Source of the DNA: Spirochaetales bacterium
GTDB lineage: Bacteria; Spirochaetota; Spirochaetia; DSM-27196; SLST01
Reading direction: 5' to 3'
Assembly: GCA_046538735.1 (NCBI GenBank)
Contig: JBKHII010000001.1
Span: forward strand, 20,305-84,304
DNA: 64,000 bases
Shown: piece by piece, positions 8,058 through 16,414 of the stretch
Position numbering within the stretch: position 1 is the first letter of the stretch
Layout of the letters: every line of letters starts with the position of its first letter
Position numbers and translations under genes: made by a program
Notes under the pieces: model-generated
Seen by the model: only the letters and a program-made list of their open reading frames with translations
Told to the model about the DNA's origin: nothing
The model's database searches: none

Positions 8058-8902
8058 GTACCGCGACCATTCCCCTCGTCAGACGGCGGGACGACAATAC
8101 GATCGTCCTTCGGCAGCCCACTCCGTCCAAGATCGCGTTGAGGCTGACGTTCATAGTCCTGATCACGGTCACGGTGTATGGGTTTCTGACCATCGACACG
8201 CGAGGGACCAACCTTTCGGAAGCCGCGGCGGAAACGGTTGAGTACTTCGGGCTCATGTTCGGCCGCCCGGCCGCGTCCGAGCACCTCAGCTTCGGGCATG
8301 CGCTCAGGCAGGTACTCATCACGCTGGCCCTGGCGTTCATGACGACCGTCATCGGCGCGGTCATCGCCCTCGTACTGGGACTGGCAGCCGCGCGCAACCT
8401 GACCAATCAACGAGTCAGCAACGTCATCAAGGGATTCATCGCCTTCATTCGCGCGATTCCCACGGTACTCTGGGTACTGATCTTCGCGATTGGCGCCGGA
8501 CTCGGAGCGGTTGCGGCCGTGATCGGCATGAGCTTTCATACGGTGGGCCACCTCTTGAAGTCGTACTCCGAGTCGTTCGAGGAGCTGGACGAAGGCGTGA
8601 TCGAGGCGCTTCGCGCGAGCGGCGCAAGCTGGATACAGATCGTCTTTCAGGCGGTTCTTCCGTCGTCCGTGACGTACATCTTGAGCTGGACGTTCATCCG
8701 CTTCGAGATCAACTTCGCCGTCGCAGTTGCGATGGGCGCGGCTGCCGGAGCAGGAGGAATCGGGTTCGAGCTCGTGATGGCGTCCGCGTTCCGGTACGAC
8801 ATCCAGGAGATCGGGTACATCACCTACCTGATACTCGCCGTCGTGGTTATCATGGAGGTCATGGCTACCCGGCTCAAGCGCCGGTACCACATTCACGACT
8901 GA
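8054..8902 (+). CDS. phnE: Phosphonate ABC transporter permease PhnE (second copy)
   Basis: The protein starts MSTATIPLVRRRDD. It has six predicted TM segments and an EAA loop (LDEGVIEALRASGAS). ATG 8054 overlaps the stop of the first phnE (ATGA). Confidence 0.85.
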   Translation: MSTATIPLVRRRDDNTIVLRQPTPSKIALRLTFIVLITVTVYGFLTIDTRGTNLSEAAAETVEYFGLMFGRPAASEHLSFGHALRQVLITLALAFMTTVIGAVIALVLGLAAARNLTNQRVSNVIKGFIAFIRAIPTVLWVLIFAIGAGLGAVAAVIGMSFHTVGHLLKSYSESFEELDEGVIEALRASGASWIQIVFQAVLPSSVTYILSWTFIRFEINFAVAVAMGAAAGAGGIGFELVMASAFRYDIQEIGYITYLILAVVVIMEVMATRLKRRYHIHD

Positions 8903-8960
8903 CGGAATCGCCGCCGTTTTTGGACTGGTCGATCGCAGCCGTAGGTTCTACAATTGAACC

Positions 8961-10268
8961 GTGGCGGAAGCTAGTCGAACCTACGATCTGGGCCCAGTCG
9001 AAGACGCCGAGTTCTCTATCGTCGACTCGATTCGGACACCGGAGTGGCACCAGGACGATATCCCCGCTCCCACTCGGGACACACAGGGCGTCCTCACGAC
9101 GATTCAACGGCTCAACCGGATCCGCGACCTGGACACCTTGCTCGAGCAGGTGCTCTTGAAGGCCCGGCAACTGGTCAGGGCGGACGCGGGCACGATCTAC
9201 CTGAAGGCCAAGAACCGTCTGTTTTTCAGCTATGTCCAGAACGACACGCTCTTCGCCGGTCAGACGCCCGACTCCCGCTACGTGTACTCGGCCAACAGCC
9301 TCCCGATCGACCGTTCGTCGCTCGCCGGCTACGTCGCGTCCACGGGGGAGCCGCTCGTCATAGACGACGTGTACGATATCCAGAGCAACGTCAGCTACGC
9401 GTTCAACCCGGAATTCGACACGAGGTCGAACTACCGAACGAAGAGCATGCTGATCGTCCCGCTGCTTGCTCGCGACGACTCGCTGGTGGGCGTCCTTCAG
9501 CTCATCAACGCGATCGACACGACGGGAGAGACGGTTCCGTTCTCATATCAGGATACGATCTTTGCGAACCAGTTCGCGCTGCACGCGGCGGACGCGATCG
9601 AACGGGAACGCCTCGCGCGGGACATGGTGCTCCGGATGGTCGAGCTCAGTGGTCTCCGCGATCCGTACGAGACGGGCCAGCACGCGAAACGCGTCGGCGC
9701 GTACTCCGTTGAGCTGTACGACAAGTGGGCCACGATCGAGGGAGTCGAACGAGACGAAATCCGCGCGAACCGAGAGCTCCTGAGAACCGCGGCGATGCTC
9801 CACGACGTGGGCAAGGTCGCGATCCCGGACGCGATCCTTCGCAAGGGCAGGGATCTCGGACCCGAGGAGCGCAAGCGAATGGAGCTCCATACCATCTACG
9901 GTGCGCGGCTCTTCAAACGGGACGACTCGCAATGGGACATCATGGCGCGCGAGATTACGCTTAATCACCACGAACGCTGGGACGGCACCGGGTATCCCGG
10001 ACACACGGACAACATCTTCGGTCGAAAAGTCCGGGTGGGTCGGCCCAAACGGCGCACAGAAATCCCGATCTACGCGCGGATTGTCACGATCGCGGACGTT
10101 TACGACGCGCTCATGTCCAAGCGAGCGTACAAGGATCCGTGGCCGGAGGAGCGCGTAGTCGACTACATCGAGTCGGAAGCCGGCAGGAAGTTCGATCCCA
10201 ATCTGGTGAGGCTCTTCCTGGGGATGCAGGACGTCGTCCACTCAATCTCGCGGAAGTACTCGTACTGA
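8961..10268 (+). CDS. GAF-domain / HD-GYP-domain protein (putative c-di-GMP phosphodiesterase)
   Basis: GAF-like N-terminal half (LLEQVLLKARQLVRADAGTIYL). HD-GYP motifs are present: MLHDVGKVAIPD and HHERWDGTGYPG. The start is GTG. Confidence 0.85.
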   Translation: MAEASRTYDLGPVEDAEFSIVDSIRTPEWHQDDIPAPTRDTQGVLTTIQRLNRIRDLDTLLEQVLLKARQLVRADAGTIYLKAKNRLFFSYVQNDTLFAGQTPDSRYVYSANSLPIDRSSLAGYVASTGEPLVIDDVYDIQSNVSYAFNPEFDTRSNYRTKSMLIVPLLARDDSLVGVLQLINAIDTTGETVPFSYQDTIFANQFALHAADAIERERLARDMVLRMVELSGLRDPYETGQHAKRVGAYSVELYDKWATIEGVERDEIRANRELLRTAAMLHDVGKVAIPDAILRKGRDLGPEERKRMELHTIYGARLFKRDDSQWDIMAREITLNHHERWDGTGYPGHTDNIFGRKVRVGRPKRRTEIPIYARIVTIADVYDALMSKRAYKDPWPEERVVDYIESEAGRKFDPNLVRLFLGMQDVVHSISRKYSY

Positions 10269-11204
10269 ATCCAGATCGAAGAGCTCCGAGCGGGAGAGAT
10301 GCAGGTAGCTCTCGCTGTGCCCGGTGAAGGCGTACTGGCCTCCGTCCCTGAGCTTCACGTAGACGTAGCGCGCATCCGAGATCGACGCGCCGGGTACGAA
10401 CACGAGCTCGTTGAACGATAGTCTCACGACGTTCTCCTCGTCCGCGCGAAGCCGCGTCCCTCCGTTGAGAAACCCCCGCGGCTCCCGGCTGATGTCGTTG
10501 AAGAACTCCGGGCTCTCCCCCACAAGATCGCGGGCATCGGAAAGCAGCACGACTTGGCCGTTGGTTGCACGCCGGTCGACCGGTCCAAGGACGACATCGA
10601 TCGAGGCAGCGTTGAGCGTCACGCCTCGGATCTCGGCGCGAGCAAGCGCGAACGCGTGATCGCCGGAGAGCTCGCCACGGTACTCCTCGCTCACCAGGAA
10701 ACGCTCTCGAGGCGTAGACGCGGCCGGCGGCGGAAAGGCGAGCGGTTCGGTGACGATGGTTCCGTCCGAGAGCTCGAGCACCACCCGCATCCCACGGAGT
10801 GCGAGCATCGTGCCGTTGTCCGACATGAAATTGTCGCGCAGGCGTATCCATCCCCCGATCGGTTCCCCACGAGCGATCGCGTCCCGGTCGACGACGAGAG
10901 TCCAGAAGTTCTCGAACGTGTCGTAGACACGAGCCGTCTCGATCGTTGCACGATAGTCGGCGGCGACATCCACGTAGATCCAGAGGTTGAGGAAGAGCGA
11001 GTAGGAACGCTCGGGAGCGCCGGCCGCCCAGAAGCTCTCCGCGATGTTCTCGTACAGCGCTTCCACGCGGTCCACGACAACGGGAGCGTCCGCGGGTTCG
11101 ACCCCGGGAGACCGGGTGCCGTCCGGGAGCATCGCACAGCCTGCGACGACCGAGAACGTAGAAAGCACAACGAGCAGCTTGTATCGGCGTAACGCGAGAA
11201 TCAT
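10242..11204 (-). CDS. Hypothetical lipoprotein
   Basis: MILALRRYKLLVVLSTFSVVAGC carries a lipobox (VAGC). I recognise no domain. The 3' end overlaps the convergent HD-GYP gene by 27 nt. Confidence 0.6.
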   Translation of the reverse strand: MILALRRYKLLVVLSTFSVVAGCAMLPDGTRSPGVEPADAPVVVDRVEALYENIAESFWAAGAPERSYSLFLNLWIYVDVAADYRATIETARVYDTFENFWTLVVDRDAIARGEPIGGWIRLRDNFMSDNGTMLALRGMRVVLELSDGTIVTEPLAFPPPAASTPRERFLVSEEYRGELSGDHAFALARAEIRGVTLNAASIDVVLGPVDRRATNGQVVLLSDARDLVGESPEFFNDISREPRGFLNGGTRLRADEENVVRLSFNELVFVPGASISDARYVYVKLRDGGQYAFTGHSESYLHLSRSELFDLDSVRVLPRD

Positions 11205-11347
11205 GCCGTAGAATCTATCGCAAGCGTCGGTAGAATGGCGACAGGTGCGAACGGATCCCGGGAGCGCATTGTCGCGACCACTTGCGCACACGGCCTTCCG
11301 TCTGCGATACTCCGACCAGACTCGCGAGAGCCACTGGAGGAGAGGCT

Positions 11348-11800
11348 ATGACACCCGCTGCGTCCATTCGGTCGTTCATGGAGGCGAAGAAGCTCGCGTT
11401 GGTGGGCGCGTCTCGGTCGGGCCGGAAGTTCGGCAACATGGTCCTGAACGAGTTGACGGCGAAGGGATACACCGTCTATCCGGTCCATCCCGGGGCTCAG
11501 TATATCGCAGATCAGAAGTGCTACTCCTCGCTCGCGGAGCTTCCGGAAAGCGTGGGGGGAGTCGTCGTTGTCGTGAAGCCGGACCAGTCCGAAATCGTGG
11601 TCCGCGACGCGTACGCGGCCGGGATCCCACGGGTCTGGCTGCAACAAGGAGCCGAGTCGGCTTCAGCTCTCGCCTACTGCGAGCAGAATGGGATCGACGC
11701 GATATCGCGCGAGTGCATCCTCATGCACGCCGAACCGGTACAGTCGATTCACGCCGTTCACCGCTTTTTCAGGCGGTTGTTCGGCAGAATGCCGAAGTAG
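11348..11800 (+). CDS. CoA-binding domain protein (YccU-like)
   Basis: Motifs KKLALVGASRSGRKFGN, YTVYPVHP, VVVVVKP and IPRVWLQQGAES. GGAGGAG lies 6 nt upstream of ATG 11348. Confidence 0.8.
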   Translation: MTPAASIRSFMEAKKLALVGASRSGRKFGNMVLNELTAKGYTVYPVHPGAQYIADQKCYSSLAELPESVGGVVVVVKPDQSEIVVRDAYAAGIPRVWLQQGAESASALAYCEQNGIDAISRECILMHAEPVQSIHAVHRFFRRLFGRMPK

Positions 11801-11813
11801 TGGAGCGTTCTGG

Positions 11814-12176
11814 ATGAACACGAAGGCGTACGCGATACTGCTCGCGGTGACCGTCCTGGCAACGCTCGGCGGCCTGCTGACGCTTGTTCCCGCGCCAGGG
11901 GCGAGCTATCCGAATCTGCTCGGCTACCGCTCGCTCTGTACCTTCGCGCCGGCAGCCACGCTTTACTGCTTCGCGATCGCGGGCGCGAGCTGCGTGCTCC
12001 GTGCGAGTCTCGTGAAACGCAAGGCGTTCACCGGGAGGGCGAGCTTCCGAGCTCCGGCGATCGTCGTCGTCGCACTTGTTCTCGCCCTGGGGCTCGCCTC
12101 AACCGGGTGGTTCATCGCCGTGAAGAGCCATTACCCGGACGGCGAGAGCTCCGCCACCGTCACACGACGGCCGTAG
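11814..12176 (+). CDS. Small integral membrane protein, unknown function
   Basis: A 120-aa protein with 3-4 hydrophobic spans (AILLAVTVLATLGGLLTLV; LYCFAIAGASCVL; AIVVVALVLALGLASTGWFIAV). Confidence 0.55.
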   Translation: MNTKAYAILLAVTVLATLGGLLTLVPAPGASYPNLLGYRSLCTFAPAATLYCFAIAGASCVLRASLVKRKAFTGRASFRAPAIVVVALVLALGLASTGWFIAVKSHYPDGESSATVTRRP

Positions 12177-12229
12177 ACCATCCGTGCTATAGTGGCGACA
12201 CGCGCCCCTGGCTACCCTTGCGAAAGAGG

Positions 12230-12808
12230 ATGGCCATGGAAGTACCGATTGAGATTACCTTTCGCAACACCGAGCACAGCGACACAATCCACCAGCTCAT
12301 TCGCGATGAGGCGGCACGACTCGAGCGGTTTCACAGCCGCATCACGAGCTGCCATGTCGCAGTAGAGCGTCCTCAGGAGCACCTCAGCTCAGGCCGTGAC
12401 TGGCGAGTCCGGATCGACATCACGGTGCCTCGGGGAAACGAGATCGTCGTGCGCAGGGAACCCGGCAAGGGCGACATGCACGAGCAACTCACGACGGTTA
12501 TCAAGGACGCATTCAACGCGGCCGAGCGCCAACTCAAGGACCTGCACGGCAAGCAACGCGGTGTCGTGAAGCAGGGCGCCGAGTCGGACTCCGTGGGCAT
12601 CGTCACCCGAGTGTTGCCGGAAGAGGGATACGGATTCATCATGGATCCGAGCGAGCAGGATATCTACTTCCACAAGAACGCGGTCCTGAACAACCAGTTC
12701 GACCGGATCACCGAAGGCACGGCTGTCTGGTATCAGACCGAAATGGGAGACGACGGGCTCCAGGCAACCTCCGTGCGGATCGAAGACAAGCCGGGGAGCC
12801 GGCCGTAG
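12230..12808 (+). CDS. HPF/RaiA (S30AE)-like domain fused to a cold-shock (CSD/OB) domain
   Basis: N-terminus: VPIEITFRNTEHSDTIHQLIRDEAARLERFHSRITSCHVAVE...WRVRIDITVPRG (RaiA/HPF pattern). C-terminus: GIVTRVLPEEGYGFIMDPSEQDIYFHKNAV (the RNP-like GYGFI/YFH motifs of CspA-type domains). Confidence 0.75.
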   Translation: MAMEVPIEITFRNTEHSDTIHQLIRDEAARLERFHSRITSCHVAVERPQEHLSSGRDWRVRIDITVPRGNEIVVRREPGKGDMHEQLTTVIKDAFNAAERQLKDLHGKQRGVVKQGAESDSVGIVTRVLPEEGYGFIMDPSEQDIYFHKNAVLNNQFDRITEGTAVWYQTEMGDDGLQATSVRIEDKPGSRP

Positions 12809-12809
12809 T

Positions 12810-14417
12810 CTACGCCACCGCCCCGGGGGCGGACGCCGTCTTGAACTCAGACGTGAGGTGGAAGGTGACCCGTGGGTTGTCGCGGATCATCGACTGCAGC
12901 ATCCACTCGCTCTCGGCAAGATACACCGGCCGCTCATCGCGGTCGTACGCGATCTGACGGTCGCGGTACTTCGTGAACTCCTTGACCGTCTTCTCGTCGT
13001 CTGCCGTGATCCAGCACGCCTTCGTGAACGCAAGCGGTTGAAGCTTGCACGCGGCCCCGTACTCGTTCGTGAGCCGGTACTGGATGACTTCGAACTGAAG
13101 CTCGCCCACGGCGCCGACAATCTTGCGTCGACCTCGATCCTGAATGAAGAGTTGCGCGACGCCTTCCTCGGTGAGCTGCTTGATTCCCTTCTCCAGCTGT
13201 TTCGAACGCATCGGGTCGGTCGAAACAAGCTCCTTGAAAATCTCGGGGGCGAAGCTCGGTATGCCGCGAAACGTGAATCCCTCGCCTTCGGTGAGCGTGT
13301 CGCCGATCTTGAGATCGCCACGATCGTAGAGACCCACAACGTCGCCCGGATACGCTTCGTCGATGACGGCCTTCCGCTCCGCCATGAAGCTGTACGGTCG
13401 CGAGAACCGAACGTCCTTACCCTGGCGCACGTGACGGACCGGTTGATCCTTGCGAAAGGTTCCTGAGCAGACGCGGAGGAACGCGATCCGGTCTCGATGC
13501 CGTGGATCCAGGTTCGCGTGAATCTTGAACACGAAGCCTGAGAACTTCTCTTCGTGCGGCTCCACGATCCGCGCATCCGACTCGCGCGGCGCGGGCGGAG
13601 GCGCGATCCGCACGAAGGTCTCGAGAAGCTCCCTGACTCCGAAGTTGTTCAGCGCGCTGCCGAAGAAGACCGGGGCAACGTTCCCTGCTCGGTATTCGGA
13701 AACGTCGAGCGGTTCGTATACCCCGTCCACGAGATCCACGTCTTCGCGCAACTGCTCCGCGGCGGAGCCGAGCTCGCGATCGAGCGACGAATCGGAGAGG
13801 TCGTCAATGAACAGCCGCTCCTCCTCGACCACCGTCTTGCCCGACTGGAAGAGATAGACGTTGCGATCGTGGAGGTTGTAGACGCCGCGAAACCCCTGCC
13901 CCATCCCGATCGGCCACGTCATGGGCCGAACACCGATCTGCAGCTTGTCTTCGAGCTCGTCCAGCAGTTCGAACGGCGCAATGCCCTCACGATCGAGCTT
14001 GTTCACGAAAATGATCACCGGGGTGTTGCGCATCCGGCAGACGTGCATGAGCTTCTCGGTCTGTTCCTCAACGCCTTTCGCCGAGTCAACGACGAGGATC
14101 ACGCTGTCCACGGCCGTCAACGTTCGATACGTGTCCTCCGCGAAGTCCTTGTGTCCCGGGGTATCAAGTATGTTGATCAGCCGGTCCTGGTACTCGAACG
14201 TCATCACGGACGTCGCGACCGATATGCCGCGCTGCTTCTCGATCTCCATGAAGTCGGATGTTGCCGACTTGCGGATCTTGTTGGACTTCACCGCGCCGGC
14301 GCTTCGAATACTGCCCCCAAAGAGGAGGAGCTTCTCGGTGAGCGTGGTCTTGCCCGCGTCCGGGTGGCTGATGATGCCGAACGTTCGCCGGCGGGAAATT
14401 TCGTGCTCAATGCTCAT
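12810..14417 (-). CDS. prfC: Peptide chain release factor 3
   Basis: Translational GTPase motifs [31 protein letters not shown] and NKLD. Its length of 535 aa is typical of RF3. Confidence 0.95.
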   Translation of the reverse strand: MSIEHEISRRRTFGIISHPDAGKTTLTEKLLLFGGSIRSAGAVKSNKIRKSATSDFMEIEKQRGISVATSVMTFEYQDRLINILDTPGHKDFAEDTYRTLTAVDSVILVVDSAKGVEEQTEKLMHVCRMRNTPVIIFVNKLDREGIAPFELLDELEDKLQIGVRPMTWPIGMGQGFRGVYNLHDRNVYLFQSGKTVVEEERLFIDDLSDSSLDRELGSAAEQLREDVDLVDGVYEPLDVSEYRAGNVAPVFFGSALNNFGVRELLETFVRIAPPPAPRESDARIVEPHEEKFSGFVFKIHANLDPRHRDRIAFLRVCSGTFRKDQPVRHVRQGKDVRFSRPYSFMAERKAVIDEAYPGDVVGLYDRGDLKIGDTLTEGEGFTFRGIPSFAPEIFKELVSTDPMRSKQLEKGIKQLTEEGVAQLFIQDRGRRKIVGAVGELQFEVIQYRLTNEYGAACKLQPLAFTKACWITADDEKTVKEFTKYRDRQIAYDRDERPVYLAESEWMLQSMIRDNPRVTFHLTSEFKTASAPGAVA

Positions 14418-14468
14418 AGTGAGGCACTAAGGTAGTCATGCTCGGGCGATCTGCCAAGAGCGAAGCGC

Positions 14469-15458
14469 TCAGATAAGCTCGCGCAGCGAGTAGATGTGGA
14501 TCGACTCGAAGGTGCCGCGATGGTTGAGCAGCGGCTTGAGCCCGTCCGGCGCCGGCGTCCGCGCGGACTCCGTCACGGCCAGACCGGCGGGCTCCACGAA
14601 TCGGGCGCCGAGATGGAAGAGAAAGTTGACGGACTCGGACACGATCCCGCCGGTGCTTCCGGTGGATCGGTAGGTCGTGTTCCCAATGTGGAGGGCGAGC
14701 CGCCAGCTGACCTTGCCGTACTGGGGGAACTCCTCCACGTTCACGATCGCCCGATTCATCATGAGCCGAATCGCGGGCACGATCGCGTCCAGATGCTCGC
14801 CGTCGAACGGCATCAGGAGAATGCCCTCGTCTTCCTTCCACATCCACGTCCTGGCCCGGAATTCAGCAAAGGTCCGCTCGAGGAGGGCCGAGAAACTCCT
14901 GCGCAGCGAGGAGAGGAAACCTTCGCTCGACTTCCGCTGGAGGTCGCCCGCGTGATCGATCGCCGCGTAGAGCATGACGAACGTGTACTCCTGCCCGTCG
15001 CGAACATCCGACCAATCATGGCCGGAAGGTATGACACGCCTGGTCTCGTGATCGGGCACGTGGTCCGAGATCGGCTTCGGTGCGGGAACGACTTGGTACT
15101 CCACTACGCGCCGCAGACGTGCGGTACTCAGACCGGCGGAAAGCAGCCGCTTGTCAACGTAGTCCGCGGCGGTGCTGTGGAAGAGCTCTCCGATGTCAAA
15201 GACGTGCTGCTTGGGATCGATGATCCCGAAGCGGTACGGTCGGCGATCCCGTAGTCGAGTGATCCGGCGCTTCAGCGCGCGGGCGTCCATATCGTCGGTA
15301 TCCAGATAAAGGAACGAATCGGGAATCGAGTCCGCGCGCGTGATCGCGTCGTTCGCCTTCGCGATCGGTACGTACTCCACGGTGTAGGTGCGGCTACGCT
15401 CCACGGCGGAGAACGCCTTGCGCACCGCTCGGCTGTTCGTGACGACGAATACGGTCAT
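14469..15458 (-). CDS. Receiver-like N-terminal domain + divergent class-III cyclase-homology-like domain
   Basis: N-terminus: VFVVTN..FLYLDTDDM..RFGIIDP..AADYVDKRL (CheY-fold pattern). C-terminus: FVMLYAAIDHAGDL, WMWKEDEGILLMPF and RLALHIGNTTY fit the F-x-D-x-x-G / G-D / R-x-G-x-H-x-G spacing of cyclase homology domains. The call rests on motifs only. Confidence 0.55.
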   Translation of the reverse strand: MTVFVVTNSRAVRKAFSAVERSRTYTVEYVPIAKANDAITRADSIPDSFLYLDTDDMDARALKRRITRLRDRRPYRFGIIDPKQHVFDIGELFHSTAADYVDKRLLSAGLSTARLRRVVEYQVVPAPKPISDHVPDHETRRVIPSGHDWSDVRDGQEYTFVMLYAAIDHAGDLQRKSSEGFLSSLRRSFSALLERTFAEFRARTWMWKEDEGILLMPFDGEHLDAIVPAIRLMMNRAIVNVEEFPQYGKVSWRLALHIGNTTYRSTGSTGGIVSESVNFLFHLGARFVEPAGLAVTESARTPAPDGLKPLLNHRGTFESIHIYSLRELI

Positions 15459-16379
15459 TTAGTCGGCAAACCTCACTGAGTAGGTGTAGAACTGCTGATC
15501 ACTCGCGACGGAGAGCGAGGCGAGCCGGTCCGCGACGATGCGCTCCAGGCTGGGGAAGACCGAGTCGGTGACGACGAGCGTGTCGGTGATGCCGTGTTCG
15601 GCGTCGATCTCCCAGAGTCGTTTGATCGTGTCCGCCTGGAGCTCGGACCCCGATTCGCTGTACTCGCAGGGCCCACTGTGCACGGTCGCCCGGACGTGCA
15701 GCCCTTCGTTGATCGGACACTCCAGGAGGTTATAGAGGTAGATCTCGTTCACGAGCTCGATCCCCGTGATCGTCGCGCGCTGATTGTGCTCCTCGAAGGT
15801 GAAGGCTGCGATTCCTCCGTCGCCCTCCCACCCCCACACGCGACCGTTTCGCTTTTCGGCCGCGGCGGTGAGCATGCTCCGAAGCGCGCCGTAGAGTCCG
15901 GTCATTGTCGACTGCCCGTACTTCCGTACGAGCGCGGAGTTTCCGGCAACATCCACGGCGAGAAACGCCATGATGTAGCTCTCGCCCTCTCTTAGAACGC
16001 CCCAGTTTCGCGTTATGCGGACCGAGCTATCCTCAACGAATCCTCGCGTCTCCTGGTCGTAGCGGTAGCCGGCCTCGATGATCTCGTTCGCGATTCCCCG
16101 CAGTTGCGGAAACCGGTACTTGCGTCCCTCCATGCCAAGTCGCTCGATCTCGAGGAGGAGCGCCACGAAGTCGAGAAAACGCCCGCTGTCCACGATATCG
16201 TCCACGATCTGACGTGCCGCGGTCCGATTGGGAATCGGCACCGACGTGGGGAAGCCGGTGCGCACATGGAGATCATAGGTGCCGAACACCCGCCGAGCCA
16301 GGTGGACCATCGTCGTCACCTGCATCGATTCGGCGAGTGTTCGAGTTGCCAGCCTTCGCACGTAAGCCTTCACCCGCAT
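15459..16379 (-). CDS. Unknown N-terminal domain + class-III nucleotidyl-cyclase-homology domain
   Basis: Motifs FLAVDVAGNSALVRKYG, GRVWGWEGDGGIAAF, LHVRATVHSGPCEY and IKRLWEIDAEHGITDTLVVTDSV. The TAA stop (15459-15461) directly abuts the ATG (15458) of the next gene. Confidence 0.6.
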   Translation of the reverse strand: MRVKAYVRRLATRTLAESMQVTTMVHLARRVFGTYDLHVRTGFPTSVPIPNRTAARQIVDDIVDSGRFLDFVALLLEIERLGMEGRKYRFPQLRGIANEIIEAGYRYDQETRGFVEDSSVRITRNWGVLREGESYIMAFLAVDVAGNSALVRKYGQSTMTGLYGALRSMLTAAAEKRNGRVWGWEGDGGIAAFTFEEHNQRATITGIELVNEIYLYNLLECPINEGLHVRATVHSGPCEYSESGSELQADTIKRLWEIDAEHGITDTLVVTDSVFPSLERIVADRLASLSVASDQQFYTYSVRFAD

Positions 16380-16414
16380 GGCGCCAGTATACCGGTGCGA
16401 AGGAGCGGAGGGAA

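Noticed and set aside
7304-8902. 532-aa ORF covering both phnE genes. The same issue arises for 46697-48349 (550 aa over rnfD into rnfC) and 58398-60659 (753 aa).
   Set aside because: The N-terminal parts are out-of-frame read-through over the preceding gene (R/G/H-rich nonsense). The real starts are at the ATGA/GTGA overlap junctions (8054, 47806, 59103).
8901-8921. Possible intrinsic terminator after the second phnE (ACGG-N8-CCGT followed by TTTTT)
   Set aside because: The stem is only 4-5 bp, too weak to call with confidence.
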